Shown: positions 1-10,046, counted from the stretch's first letter. The stretch is 64,000 nt of DNA from an uncultured Spirochaetota bacterium (GCA_963835575.1 CAWIGG010000002.1:1824001-1888000); one strand, 5' to 3'. The notes: a model not told the origin generated them from the sequence alone. Made by a program: numbers and translations.

Positions 1-353
1 TTCTCCCGGGATTCTTCAGCTAATCCGGTCTTTAACTGAATCTCTTTATGGCCCGGCCTGACATAAAACATGGTTATCGCGATGATGACGCAGAAAGCCA
101 GGGCGGCTGAAGCGGCGCGGAAGGCCCCGCTTCTCCAGAGCGAAAGGAGGAAAAAACGTTTTTTATTTTCTCTTCCGCTGAATTTAGCGAGCAGTTCCCG
201 CTTGAGGTCCTTTTCGAATTTTTTGTTTATCACAACATGCGGTTTAGAGGATAGAAGTTCGCCTATCGCCTTTTTCAAATCCTCCTCCTTATCCCGCAGA
301 CCGGGATCAATGCTGTAAAGTTCTTTTAAAATCATCTGAATTCTCTTTTCCAT
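1..353 (-). CDS. Putative anti-sigma factor, membrane-anchored (3' end runs off the window)
   Basis: Not in the ORF track. Hand-translated from ATG at 353 (GGAG upstream): MEKRIQMILKELYSIDPGLRD...FRAASAALAFCVIIAITMFYVRPG. One TM segment; directly downstream of the ECF sigma gene. Confidence 0.65.
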   Translation of the reverse strand, partial: MEKRIQMILKELYSIDPGLRDKEEDLKKAIGELLSSKPHVVINKKFEKDLKRELLAKFSGRENKKRFFLLSLWRSGAFRAASAALAFCVIIAITMFYVRPGHKEIQLKTGLAEESRE

Positions 354-364
354 AATTTTCTCCG

Positions 365-961
365 TTAATGCAGAATTTTGTAAAACAAAAACGCGAGAAA
401 GAGATTGAGGGGCATCGCCTCGCGGAGATAGTCCATTGCCCGTCTGAAGATCATCTTGCATGAGGCTTCGGATTTTCCCATCCAGCGCGATATTTCGCGG
501 TACGGCACATCGTCCCAGACGCGGAGCAGAACGATCTCGCGCTCGGTGCCGGATAGTTTCGCGAAATACGGCTTGAGCCTTTCCCAGAGAAGGGAGTTTT
601 CAGCGTCCAGTTCGAGGTTTTTGCCGTCGGATATGTCCCAGACATCCTCGATATCGACAGTTTTTTTTCTCCGGCGGTAAAAATCCATCAGGGCATTGCG
701 CGCGATACCGTAGATCCATGCCGAAAAATTCCCCGCCTCCGGCCGGAAGGTGGAAAGCTTTTCCAGCGCTTTTAAAAACACGGCGCTCGTCAGGTCCTCA
801 GCCGTTTCCCTGTGCAGGCAGCGGTAATACAGATAGAAATAGATTTTTTTAAAGAACTGGCCGTACAATTTCTCAAACGCTTCCGGTCTGCCCTTTTGGG
901 CAAGCATTGCCCATTTTTCGGCGCTGTCCTCTTGAAAATCACCGCTTCCGCTCCGATCCAT
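365..961 (-). CDS. ECF-family RNA polymerase sigma factor
   Basis: Region 2 motifs AEDLTSAVFLKA and FSAWIYGIARN; region 4 LSGTEREIVLLRVWDDVPYREIS. Confidence 0.92.
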   Translation of the reverse strand: MDRSGSGDFQEDSAEKWAMLAQKGRPEAFEKLYGQFFKKIYFYLYYRCLHRETAEDLTSAVFLKALEKLSTFRPEAGNFSAWIYGIARNALMDFYRRRKKTVDIEDVWDISDGKNLELDAENSLLWERLKPYFAKLSGTEREIVLLRVWDDVPYREISRWMGKSEASCKMIFRRAMDYLREAMPLNLFLAFLFYKILH

Positions 962-1441
962 TCATATCTCCTTTTACCAGCGTTTCTGTTTACATATGTA
1001 CTACGGAAAAGGAAGAAAAAAGTAACCGGTTTATTTTACCGGCCAGTTTAAAATATCACAAAATTTATTTCTGCAAATTTAAAACCGCACCGAACTTAAT
1101 AAGGGGTATCGCTTCACGGAAGACCGGATAATCCGCTAATGAACGCGAAGGGGGAATTGCATAAGGTGTATTTTTATTTTGATGTATTTATCAAGCCTTC
1201 CGAAATGCAGCAATACCTTTTAAGTGGATTTATTTTAAAGCAATTCGAATATTTGTTTTTTATTTATAAAAAAGCTAAAATTTCCCGATAGAAAACAAAG
1301 AAAAATCATTATTCATTTGAAAATTATATTTTACGCTTCCAATTTAGAAAAGAGATTCCGGTTTTATAACATTTAAATAAATGCGGCTTTACAATAATAA
1401 TTCCGGATATTTCAATTTAAAAATAAGGGGAAAGCATACAG

Positions 1442-3919
1442 ATGGCCGTCAAAAAAAGAATGACCATAGCGCTTCTAATCGACTGGCTGAACACGCCCTA
1501 TCATATGGAGATTCTTTCCGGCGTTGCTGATTATTCGGAAAAGAATGATATCAACCTTATCTGCATCGCCGGAGGCAGGCTGGAAGCGCCATTCGAATGG
1601 GAAAAGAACAGGAATGTCCTCTATGATTTTGTCGACCATGAAAGGATTGACGGGCTTGTGGTGGCGGCGCCATCGCTTGCCAATTACGCCGGAAATTCAA
1701 TCCTTGAAAATCTTCTCAAGCGCTTTATAAACATCCCCATGGTCAATCTCGGGGAAAACCTGCTCAACATTCCGGCGGTTTTACTGGACAATGAATCCGG
1801 AATCCGCGAGGTCATGAAGCATATGGCGGAATATCATGGCTACAAGCGGATCGCTTTTATATCCGGTCTTTCAGTCAGTACCGAGGCCAGCATCAGGCTT
1901 AACGCCTACAGAGAGATGCTTTCTCATTACGGTCTTCCGTATGAGCCTGAACTGGTTTATGAGGGAAATTTCAGCTTCAATTCCGGAAAGGACGCCATCA
2001 GGGAACTGCTGGATATCAGAAAAGTCAAAATGGACGCCATTGTATCGGCTAACGATCATATGGCCCTTGGTATTATTAACGAACTGCAGATGCGGGGAAA
2101 GATCGCCTCGGAAATCATGCCGATAGCCGGCTATGATGACATCAGCGACAGCAAGAGCGCGAAGCTGACCACGGTACACCAGCCGACGAGCGAGCAGGCC
2201 AGTCTTGCCGCCGAGCTTCTTGTCAGAATGATAAAAGGCGAAAAAATCCCGATGATCACACGGATGCCGACGGAAATCGTCATCCGCGAGTCCTGCGGGT
2301 GCTATTCAGCCGGCGTTTCATCAGCCGTCATCGGGAACTATACGCTCAAGGGCGATATTTTCGACAAATCTTTCAATAAAAATAAGGATGTCATTATTTC
2401 AAAGATCGCACAGACGGATATCGCCGCCTCGGGCTGGAATAAAAAATGGACCGCCGAGTGTTCGGCCAGGCTATTGGATTCACTGGCTCATATCTTCAGC
2501 GGGGAAAAATCCGCATCATTTTTATCGGAATGGAACCATATAATTCAGGAATGTTATGAAAATAATGAAAATCTTTCCAATCTGCATATATTGCTTTCCA
2601 TCTTCAGAAAAAATATTCTTCCATATATCAAAAGCAGACAGACACTGGGCCAGCTGGAAGACATGTTACAGGAAGCGAGGATCATGATAGGCGATGCCAT
2701 CCAAAAAACTGACCTCTTCACAAAGATCCTGGAGACATCCAAGCTGGAGCACCTGAATGATTTTGGGGCAAAACTCACCAGTACTTTCGATCTGGAACAG
2801 CAGTTCGACATCATTCAATCGGAATTGACCTCTCTCGGGATCAACAGCTGTTTTATCTCATTGTACAGTTTCCCTGAAAATCCGGTAAAAGAAGCGCGGC
2901 TTGTTTTCGGATTTCAGGACGGTCTTCGGCTGAACCTTCCCCAGGGCGGAACTTCTTTTCTTCCCAATGAAATCATTCCTTCAACGCTTATCCGGAATGA
3001 CCGTCGCTTTACCTATATTCTTGAAAACATGTTTCACAGGACATCACAGCTCGGCTTTATTGTCATTGAATACGGGCCGAAGGACAACAGGATATACGAG
3101 ATCATCCGCACCAAGATCAACGACAGCATCATGGGTACTATTATGTTCGAAAATATACAGAAGCAGGCAGACAGCCTTGAACAGCAGGTGCGGGAGAGAA
3201 CTTCAGAACTCTACAACACAAACGCGAGGCTCAATATTGAGATCCAGGAAAAGCGCATCGCTGAGGAAAAGCTCAAAAAAAGCGAGGAGAGGTTCCGTGA
3301 AATGGCGCTCCTTCTTCCCTCCGTGATCGTGGAAACCGATGTTTCGTTAAGGATTCATTTCCTGAATAAAGCCGGTTATGATCTTTTAGAGATCGGCGAC
3401 GATGATATCAGAAAAGGCATTTCTTTCCTTGATTTCATAGTGGAGGAAGAGCGACCAAGGGTTATAGAATACGCCGATAAAACGCTTCATAATGAAATAA
3501 CCAGCTTTTCAGAATTCCGTATCCAGAAAAAGGATGGTTCCAGAGTCACTTTTCTTGCCAAAACTGCCCCGCTCTATCTTGAAAATATGATCCAGGGGAT
3601 CCGCTGGAACGCGATCGACATCAAGCCGCTGGTCCTGACTGTTTTTGAACCCGGCGAATCCCTGTTTAAGGAATATTCTTTTACTCAAAGGGAAAAGGCG
3701 ATCGTGACTCACATCATTCAAGGTTACAAGAATAAAGAGATTGCGGCGGCTTTGTTCATACAGGAAGGCACTGTCAAAGATCATATTACATCCATATTCT
3801 CAAAAATAGACGTAAAAAACCGTGAGGAATTTTTTGATAAGCTCAAAAATTACCAGATCAAGCGCTTCGGATATAACTCATTCATTTTTTCCCTTCTCAG
3901 CAACATCTTGAAAGATTAA
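1442..3919 (+). CDS. Hybrid regulator: LacI-type sugar-binding domain, PAS domain and C-terminal LuxR HTH
   Basis: LacI sensor motifs (DNESG, RIAFISG, ANDHMALG, LTTVHQP, IRESCGC); coiled coil LEQQVRERT; PAS (SEERFREMA...KKDGS); LuxR HTH FTQREKAIV...GYKNKEIAAALFIQEGTVKDHITSIFSK. Confidence 0.88.
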   Translation: MAVKKRMTIALLIDWLNTPYHMEILSGVADYSEKNDINLICIAGGRLEAPFEWEKNRNVLYDFVDHERIDGLVVAAPSLANYAGNSILENLLKRFINIPMVNLGENLLNIPAVLLDNESGIREVMKHMAEYHGYKRIAFISGLSVSTEASIRLNAYREMLSHYGLPYEPELVYEGNFSFNSGKDAIRELLDIRKVKMDAIVSANDHMALGIINELQMRGKIASEIMPIAGYDDISDSKSAKLTTVHQPTSEQASLAAELLVRMIKGEKIPMITRMPTEIVIRESCGCYSAGVSSAVIGNYTLKGDIFDKSFNKNKDVIISKIAQTDIAASGWNKKWTAECSARLLDSLAHIFSGEKSASFLSEWNHIIQECYENNENLSNLHILLSIFRKNILPYIKSRQTLGQLEDMLQEARIMIGDAIQKTDLFTKILETSKLEHLNDFGAKLTSTFDLEQQFDIIQSELTSLGINSCFISLYSFPENPVKEARLVFGFQDGLRLNLPQGGTSFLPNEIIPSTLIRNDRRFTYILENMFHRTSQLGFIVIEYGPKDNRIYEIIRTKINDSIMGTIMFENIQKQADSLEQQVRERTSELYNTNARLNIEIQEKRIAEEKLKKSEERFREMALLLPSVIVETDVSLRIHFLNKAGYDLLEIGDDDIRKGISFLDFIVEEERPRVIEYADKTLHNEITSFSEFRIQKKDGSRVTFLAKTAPLYLENMIQGIRWNAIDIKPLVLTVFEPGESLFKEYSFTQREKAIVTHIIQGYKNKEIAAALFIQEGTVKDHITSIFSKIDVKNREEFFDKLKNYQIKRFGYNSFIFSLLSNILKD

Positions 3920-4019
3920 TACCATCTAGTTAATGGAAATCGTCAACCCTCTTTACCATCTAACTCATTTCAAAACAAGTAATTATTAAATTTTTATGAT
4001 GCAACATACTCAATAACCG

Positions 4020-4285
4020 CCCTTAAGTCGGGTAAGATCACGACCAATGGTCGGGTATTTTTATGACCATGAGTGGGTTAAAAAAGAATTAGTCCCTTCT
4101 TATAATATATGCGGATGAAATGGGGAAAAGCTCTCCCGGAAAGAAGAATTCATAAATAATCAACCCCGCCTTTTTTTTATATAGGATTATAAACTTCAGG
4201 CGAACATAATTCAAAATTAAAAAACCGATAAAATGCTTTTGCTTATGGATATTTTTAAAATGGAGGTCTTTATGACTGATAAAAC
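4020..4285 (+). repeat. Upstream regulatory region, copy 1 (near-identical to 9770-10046)
   Basis: Direct comparison: ccttaagtcgggtaagatcacgaccaatggtcggg...ggaggtctttatgactgataaaac occurs in both places. Confidence 0.95.
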
Positions 4286-6590
4286 AAGTAAACTTTCTCA
4301 AAAAAAGTTGTTCTTCTTGTTTTTTACTGCCTTGATTTTTCTCATTCTTTCAGGATGCGCCATGAATCCGGGAAACGGATCCGGCGGCGGCTCTTCGGGA
4401 AATTCCGGAGGCCATAATGGTAATGCGGGAATTCAGAACAGCTTTGCGGCCCTTCCCAACACATATCATTACGGCTTGCAGTATGCCGCGTCGCGTCTGA
4501 GCGACGCCGCCTTTGCGGGGGAGTATAATTCCTGGAAAAACACCTATATTGCGTATCCTGACGCTTCCTCCGCGAGGGTTAAGCGGGACATCGCCACCAG
4601 TTATGATACCGTGTCGGAAGGAATAGGTTACGGAATGCTCCTGGCGGTATATTTTCACGATCAGACGTTATTTGACCGCCTGTTCAACTATATGGCGCTT
4701 CATACCAACAAATCAGGCTTGATGCACTGGAGGGTCAGAAACGATAACATTAATATTGATGAGTTCGGGTTTGTAGTACCCTATAAAGATAACTTGTACA
4801 CGAACGCGGGGGCAACGGTTACAAATACTCTGGCCGTTCTGACAGCCACTGGTTATAGCCCCTCACAACTCGGGCAGTTCTCGGTAAACGGCAGGGGGTT
4901 AACAACCGCCTCGGACGCCGATCAGGACATGGCCCTGGCGCTCTGCATGGCCGCTAAAAGCTGGGTCTTATCCAAATATATTAATGGAAAGCCTTACTAC
5001 TTTGACCTGGCCACCAATATGATCGCTAGCATTATGCACTATGATATGCATCCCGGCTGGCTTAATACAGGACCCCTTTTCCTGGGCGCGGGCTGCTATC
5101 AGAACTATGACGGCTATTTGGGTACCTGGGGAGGTCTCTATACCGGATCCGGTTCAGTTGTCGCGCAAAATCAAGCCGGCTGGGACCCTTCTTATTATAT
5201 GCCCGCCTGGTATCCCGTGTTCAAGCTGTTAACCGGCGACGCCCAATGGGACCAGCTTAACGCTACTATGAGGACGCACAGCGATTATGTCAGCGCGGCC
5301 GACGCCGGGACCGGCCTCTTTCCGGACTGGTGCGACACATCATCAGGTGCATGTGTAAGAACGACGTTATGCAGCGAAATGGGCCCTCAGAGCTTTAACT
5401 TCTATTACGACGCCGTGCGCGTGCCGTGGAGAATGGCTATGGCCTACAGCTGGTTCCAGGATACGAAAGCACTGACAATAGCCGATCAAATTGCCACATT
5501 TTTTAATTCCAAGTTCTATGCAGATAACATTTATGACGGCTACACAATAACCGGCGGACCCTGGGCTGCTTCTCTGGCCGATCCGGGCAGCACGGCAAAC
5601 GGAGGGGTCGACCACTCTCCCGTGTTCTACGCCATGATAGCCGCGAGCACGCTGCCTTACGGCGATTCTGCCTATGCAAGCGATTTCTGCACGAAGGTTA
5701 TAAGTTCGTGGACCGATCCGGGTTCCACATATCATTATTTCGGAAATACCCTCAGGCTTCTCTCGCTTCTCTATCTATCGGGGGCCTTTATCAATCTTTA
5801 TGATAACAATAATTATACAGCGGTACCCGGCCAGGTAAACGCCGTGGATTATATCTTTAAGAATGCCACAAACCAATTGACCAATATCAATAATATCAAT
5901 TATATTATGCAAAATAGTTCCGCGGAATTCCTGATAAGTAATATGGCATCCTCCCCATACGCTCTGTTCAGCATTGCTGTTAATATTCTGGCAGATCCTA
6001 AAATGCCTCCCGGAACTTATGCGTCCCCATATTATCCTTATTATTACTGTTATGTCGATGGGGAATGTGTTCCGATGAATTCAAGCACTATTCAGCTTAC
6101 GCCGGGTTTGCACACAATAAAGATTGAATGCCATTCTTACGTTTACCTTAACTCATTCAATATCAGTTATCTGCAGGATTCTCCAATTACAACAATACCC
6201 GCGACCATCGATCCGAACAATTACGCCCTGTTGCACCCGAGTGCCAGCCTCAGTGTTAGGGACCCGCGTTTACCGGGAATCCCCGTGGTTGTCTCTTTTG
6301 GAGCTCCTTATACCGGTACACCGTATGTGGAATATATTGTCAACGCGCCCTCCGCCGGACAATATACCGTCAGCGCGCCGGTTTACAACAATTATTTTGC
6401 CAACAACAATATCTCCATTACTTCCGGAAACAACCTGCTGGGTAATATGGGGCCTATCCCTAACTCGGCATCTGTTCAAACTTTAAGCACTACAATAACC
6501 TTAAGCGCGGGTAACCAGCGTCTCCGTTTTAGCTCCGCATATGATGAGATGGGGCCTATCACAATCAGTCAAGGTGGTGGCAACTTATAA
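4272..6590 (+). CDS. Glycoside hydrolase family 8 lipoprotein with C-terminal CBM-like beta domains (paralog 1)
   Basis: GH8 motifs TVSEGIGYGMLLAV, ASDADQDMALAL, YYDAVRVPWR; lipobox ILSGC; start moved to 4272 because GGAGGT precedes it. Confidence 0.88.
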   Translation: MTDKTSKLSQKKLFFLFFTALIFLILSGCAMNPGNGSGGGSSGNSGGHNGNAGIQNSFAALPNTYHYGLQYAASRLSDAAFAGEYNSWKNTYIAYPDASSARVKRDIATSYDTVSEGIGYGMLLAVYFHDQTLFDRLFNYMALHTNKSGLMHWRVRNDNINIDEFGFVVPYKDNLYTNAGATVTNTLAVLTATGYSPSQLGQFSVNGRGLTTASDADQDMALALCMAAKSWVLSKYINGKPYYFDLATNMIASIMHYDMHPGWLNTGPLFLGAGCYQNYDGYLGTWGGLYTGSGSVVAQNQAGWDPSYYMPAWYPVFKLLTGDAQWDQLNATMRTHSDYVSAADAGTGLFPDWCDTSSGACVRTTLCSEMGPQSFNFYYDAVRVPWRMAMAYSWFQDTKALTIADQIATFFNSKFYADNIYDGYTITGGPWAASLADPGSTANGGVDHSPVFYAMIAASTLPYGDSAYASDFCTKVISSWTDPGSTYHYFGNTLRLLSLLYLSGAFINLYDNNNYTAVPGQVNAVDYIFKNATNQLTNINNINYIMQNSSAEFLISNMASSPYALFSIAVNILADPKMPPGTYASPYYPYYYCYVDGECVPMNSSTIQLTPGLHTIKIECHSYVYLNSFNISYLQDSPITTIPATIDPNNYALLHPSASLSVRDPRLPGIPVVVSFGAPYTGTPYVEYIVNAPSAGQYTVSAPVYNNYFANNNISITSGNNLLGNMGPIPNSASVQTLSTTITLSAGNQRLRFSSAYDEMGPITISQGGGNL

Positions 6591-6608
6591 AGGGGTTCAC
6601 TTATATTC

Positions 6609-6645
6609 AAAGCGCGGGCCGGTTTTCCCGGCCCGCGCTTTTTAT
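6609..6645 (+). terminator. Intrinsic terminator after GH8 paralog 1
   Basis: aaagcgcgggccgg-ttttc-ccggcccgcgcttt followed by T-run. Confidence 0.85.
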
Positions 6646-7103
6646 TTAAAACCGATGGAATTAAATATCCGTTTTTTTATCATCGTTATTTAAGCCGGAG
6701 GCATTATATAGAACCGGATATCGGTCATGTGAAAAGCGATTGTTCTCTCGGCCGTAACTACTTAAAAGGAAAAGAAGAGCTTCCCATTACATGCATAAAA
6801 TAAAAAAGGAGAATTTTTATGAAAAAGAACATGATTGTTTCCATAATGCTGATTACTTTGAGTGTTATGATCGCGGCTTGTTCTTCGTCACCAGGTTCTT
6901 CGTCTTCGGGTTCAGGTGGAGGGTCATTATCATCGAACTCATCGTCTTCTTCTGTTTCGTCATCATCGTCAAGCTTTAAATCTTCAAGATCCAGTTCCAG
7001 TTCTTCTTCATCGGCCGGGGGAACCAATTACATTTCTGCCAACATCGGTACGTTGAGGTATGTCCCCGCCGGTACTTTCCAACGGGATGCTACAGCCGCT
7101 AAC

Positions 7104-8825
7104 GACCCTGTCGAAAAAGCCAAAAACGAGAATAAAAACTGTCTTCTGATAACCGGATAGAGTATCATTTTTCATTTCTCTATCCGGATTTTCCATTTTT
7201 CCAATTTCAAGCCGGTATTATGGCTATGAACACCCCCTTAAATCTTACCAAATATCTGGATTTTACCAATATTATGCACTATACAGAACAAAAGCCACTG
7301 GATATTAACCTTACTCTTACCCCTGAGCGTAAAACGGTCCATACCTTTACAAGAACGGATGTTACCGAATACCGGCTCAATTATTCCCATCCTCCGGCTG
7401 TACAAATCCCTGATTTCCGGCAGATCAATTTTATTTACCATTTCTTTTGAATAGTTTTTATCCCCTCTTTTGTCCACCAGATATAATGTTCTTTGCCTTG
7501 TCTTATCGGGATGTTTTAAGCATTGTCCCCTTTTCCCGCATTTTGAACAATCCGCCTGCCTGGCCTGATATTTATGGCCGAAATTACTCAATTGCCTCTG
7601 GTATCCCTTATAGCTTAATATTTTTCCATTCGGGCATATATAAGTATTATCAGCTTCATTTTTTTCAAAATCGTGTTCCCGGTATTTCATCGGTTTCGGC
7701 TTGAACCTTCCCCGATCGGTAAACCGTTCATCCCTCCCTCGAAATTGATTGTCCGGTATCACAGCTTCCATCTTCTTTTCTTCCGCCAGATATTTTAGAT
7801 TTTCTTCGCTGAAATAATTCGTGTCCCCCAGTATTGTTTTTCCTTCCAGCGGATTTGTTTCTCCTTTTATCACGCTTAAATTTTCCTCCGTTATTTCAAC
7901 CATCGGCTTCAATACTTCCCCTTCCTGGCCTAAACCAAAAGCTTCCGCCGCGGTAATCACCTGATGCTTTGAATCCACTACCGCAAGTCCATTATAACCT
8001 TGTATCACACCGTGGGAACTCTTGATTTTCGCGCTTTCGTTATCGGTAATATTCGATTGGTTTTCACGTCCCCGCTTGCCGTATTTGGGATTCTGGGATT
8101 TGAGAAAGGCATCGATTTTCTCCGCTTTCTTCCGTATTTTTTCCGATCTTTTTTGAAGCGCTTTAGACTTTTCATTTTCGCCGGAGCAGTCAGCTTGCGC
8201 GTGTTTTTCCAGTAGAAATGCCGCCAGCTTTTCAAACTTTTCCTGTTTCTTTTTCAGGTCTTTGAATGTACCGCTCCATTCTTTAGAAGCGTTTGAAGGC
8301 AATTTACAGCCGTCAACGGCGAACATGTCCCCGCCGATCAATCCCGCAGAAGAACAGACCATCAGCACAAACTGAAATACTATTTTAATCCGGTCTTTCA
8401 TACCGGTAACAAAAGCGGCTATAGTGGAATGGTCTGGAACGGTATTCCCGGACAGGGCTTTGAAGATGACATTCACCCGGCAAGCTTCCTCAATCCTGCG
8501 TGATGTAGTAATACCTTTCGAATAGGCAAAAAGGATTATTTTCAGAAGAATTGCCGGAGAAATCGCTTTCGAGCCTGTTTTATCATTTTTATAATTTATA
8601 TCAAAACAGGAAAGGTCAGCCTTTTCCTCGATTAGGAAATTGAGTGTGTGTTCATATGTTCCTTCGATCAGCTGATCTGAAAAATTGAGCGGTATCATTT
8701 CCATCTGCTCATAATTAACTGTCTTGTATCTTGCCATATAACCTTCCGCTATTGATTTATTTCATTCATTATTTTAAGCTATATCGATAATAATTTACAT
8801 TAAATATCACTTTTTCGACAGACTC
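7104..8825 (-). mobile_element. IS1182-family insertion sequence, 1722 bp
   Basis: Terminal IRs gaccctgtcgaaaaag (7104-7119) and ctttttcgacagactc (8810-8825), 14/16 match; flanking AAC duplication at 7101-7103 and 8826-8828. Confidence 0.92.
7238..8737 (-). CDS. IS1182-family DDE transposase
   Basis: LLKIILFAYSKGITTSRRIE, PDHSTIAAF, AVDGCKLPSNAS, TDNES, YICPNGK..CSKC, IEPVFGNIR. Confidence 0.95.
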   Translation of the reverse strand: MARYKTVNYEQMEMIPLNFSDQLIEGTYEHTLNFLIEEKADLSCFDINYKNDKTGSKAISPAILLKIILFAYSKGITTSRRIEEACRVNVIFKALSGNTVPDHSTIAAFVTGMKDRIKIVFQFVLMVCSSAGLIGGDMFAVDGCKLPSNASKEWSGTFKDLKKKQEKFEKLAAFLLEKHAQADCSGENEKSKALQKRSEKIRKKAEKIDAFLKSQNPKYGKRGRENQSNITDNESAKIKSSHGVIQGYNGLAVVDSKHQVITAAEAFGLGQEGEVLKPMVEITEENLSVIKGETNPLEGKTILGDTNYFSEENLKYLAEEKKMEAVIPDNQFRGRDERFTDRGRFKPKPMKYREHDFEKNEADNTYICPNGKILSYKGYQRQLSNFGHKYQARQADCSKCGKRGQCLKHPDKTRQRTLYLVDKRGDKNYSKEMVNKIDLPEIRDLYSRRMGIIEPVFGNIRSCKGMDRFTLRGKSKVNIQWLLFCIVHNIGKIQIFGKI

Positions 8826-9769
8826 AACACCAGCACGGTAGCAGCCTTCCGCATGAGCGAGAAAGAGATTACCATGGAGCAATTTACTAACATTACAGGA
8901 CTGGCAAATCCCAGTAGTTCTTTCACTGGAGTGGTTAATGGGCCGGTACAAATGGTTAACTGGTACCATGCCCTTGTATTCTGCAACAAGCTGAGTATGA
9001 AAGAAGGCCTGACTCCGGTGTACAGCATCAGCGGCAGCGCTAATCCTGCCGTTTGGGGAGCAGTACCGATGACAAATGATGCAAACTGGAATGCGGCCGC
9101 CGCGAACTGGTCAGCCAACGGTTATCGCCTGCCTACGGAAATGGAATATATGTGGACGGCTATGGGAGCCGATACGGCGAATGCCGGGCAGGTTAACACG
9201 AACGGATACCTCAAGCCATTTGCGGGCAGTACGGGGGTTAATCTTGTTGGCGACTATGCCTGGACTTATGAAAACAGCGGTAATACCACCCACCCGGTAG
9301 GGACCAGGCTGGCCAACAAGCTTGGCTTGTACGACATGAGCGGAAACGTGTGGGAGTGGTGCTGGGACCGGTATGCGTCTTATCCAACGGGAGCGCAGAC
9401 AGACTACCGGGGAGCGGCTTCGGACTCGTCGGGCGCGGGCCGCGTCCTACGCGGCGGCAGTTGGGGCAGCCTTGCGACTAACGCTGCGGTTGCCAATCGC
9501 GTCAGCGACATCCCGTATGGCCAGTTCAACACTTTCGGTTTCCGGGTTGTGCGCCCTTGAGTTCTGCGGTATGCGCCTGAGCATCTGCAGAACCAGCCTG
9601 CTTCCTGCGGCACAAGCCGCGAATACTCAAGCTGGCGCCCGGCCGTAACTATTCGAAGAGTAAAGAAGATGACAGAAGAAAATATATGCCAATTAAAAAA
9701 TTTGAGGTTTGAATTCGTAATTTGGACAGCAATTATCTGATTTATATGATGCTAAAATCATCTCACCCT

Positions 9770-10046
9770 CCCTTAAGTCGGGTAAGATCACGACCAATGG
9801 TCGGGTATTTTTATGACCATGGGTGGGTTAAAAAAGAATTAGTCCCTTCTTATAATATACGCGGATGAAATGGGGAAAAGCTCTCCCGGAAAGAAGTATT
9901 AATAAATAATCAATCCCGCCTTTTTTCTGTACAGGATTATAAACTTCAGGCGAACATAATTCAAAATTAAAAAAAATCAAAAAGCTGATAAAATATTTTT
10001 ACCGCATGGATATTTTTAAAATGGAGGTCTTTATGACTGATAAAAC
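9770..10046 (+). repeat. Upstream regulatory region, copy 2 (near-identical to 4020-4285)
   Basis: Direct comparison; a few substitutions and one small indel near the A-run. Confidence 0.95.

Larger units (their letters stand above)
6819..9560 (+). pseudogene. FGE-sulfatase (SUMF1/CLec-fold) lipoprotein interrupted by an IS1182 element
   Basis: 5' part 6819-7103 has a lipobox (IAAC), a Ser-rich linker and YVPAGTFQRDATAAN. 3' part 8829-9560 has YRLPTEMEY, GLYDMSGNVWEWCWD, RVLRGGSW and GFRVVRP. Removing the IS restores the frame. Confidence 0.92.

Noticed and set aside
4090..4270. Known riboswitch (e.g. c-di-GMP) in the duplicated GH8 leader
   Set aside because: Could not match conserved motifs of a known class by eye; needs an Rfam search
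6758..7027. Acidic D/E-rich 89-aa ORF on the minus strand
   Set aside because: Antisense shadow of the Ser-rich linker codons
7104..7160. C-terminal DPVEKAKNENKNCLLITG of the 113-aa ORF
   Set aside because: Read-through into the IS end, not native protein
9561..10030. Complete DGR cassette next to the FGE gene
   Set aside because: No template repeat, reverse transcriptase or avd seen in the window; reported only as a candidate remote target
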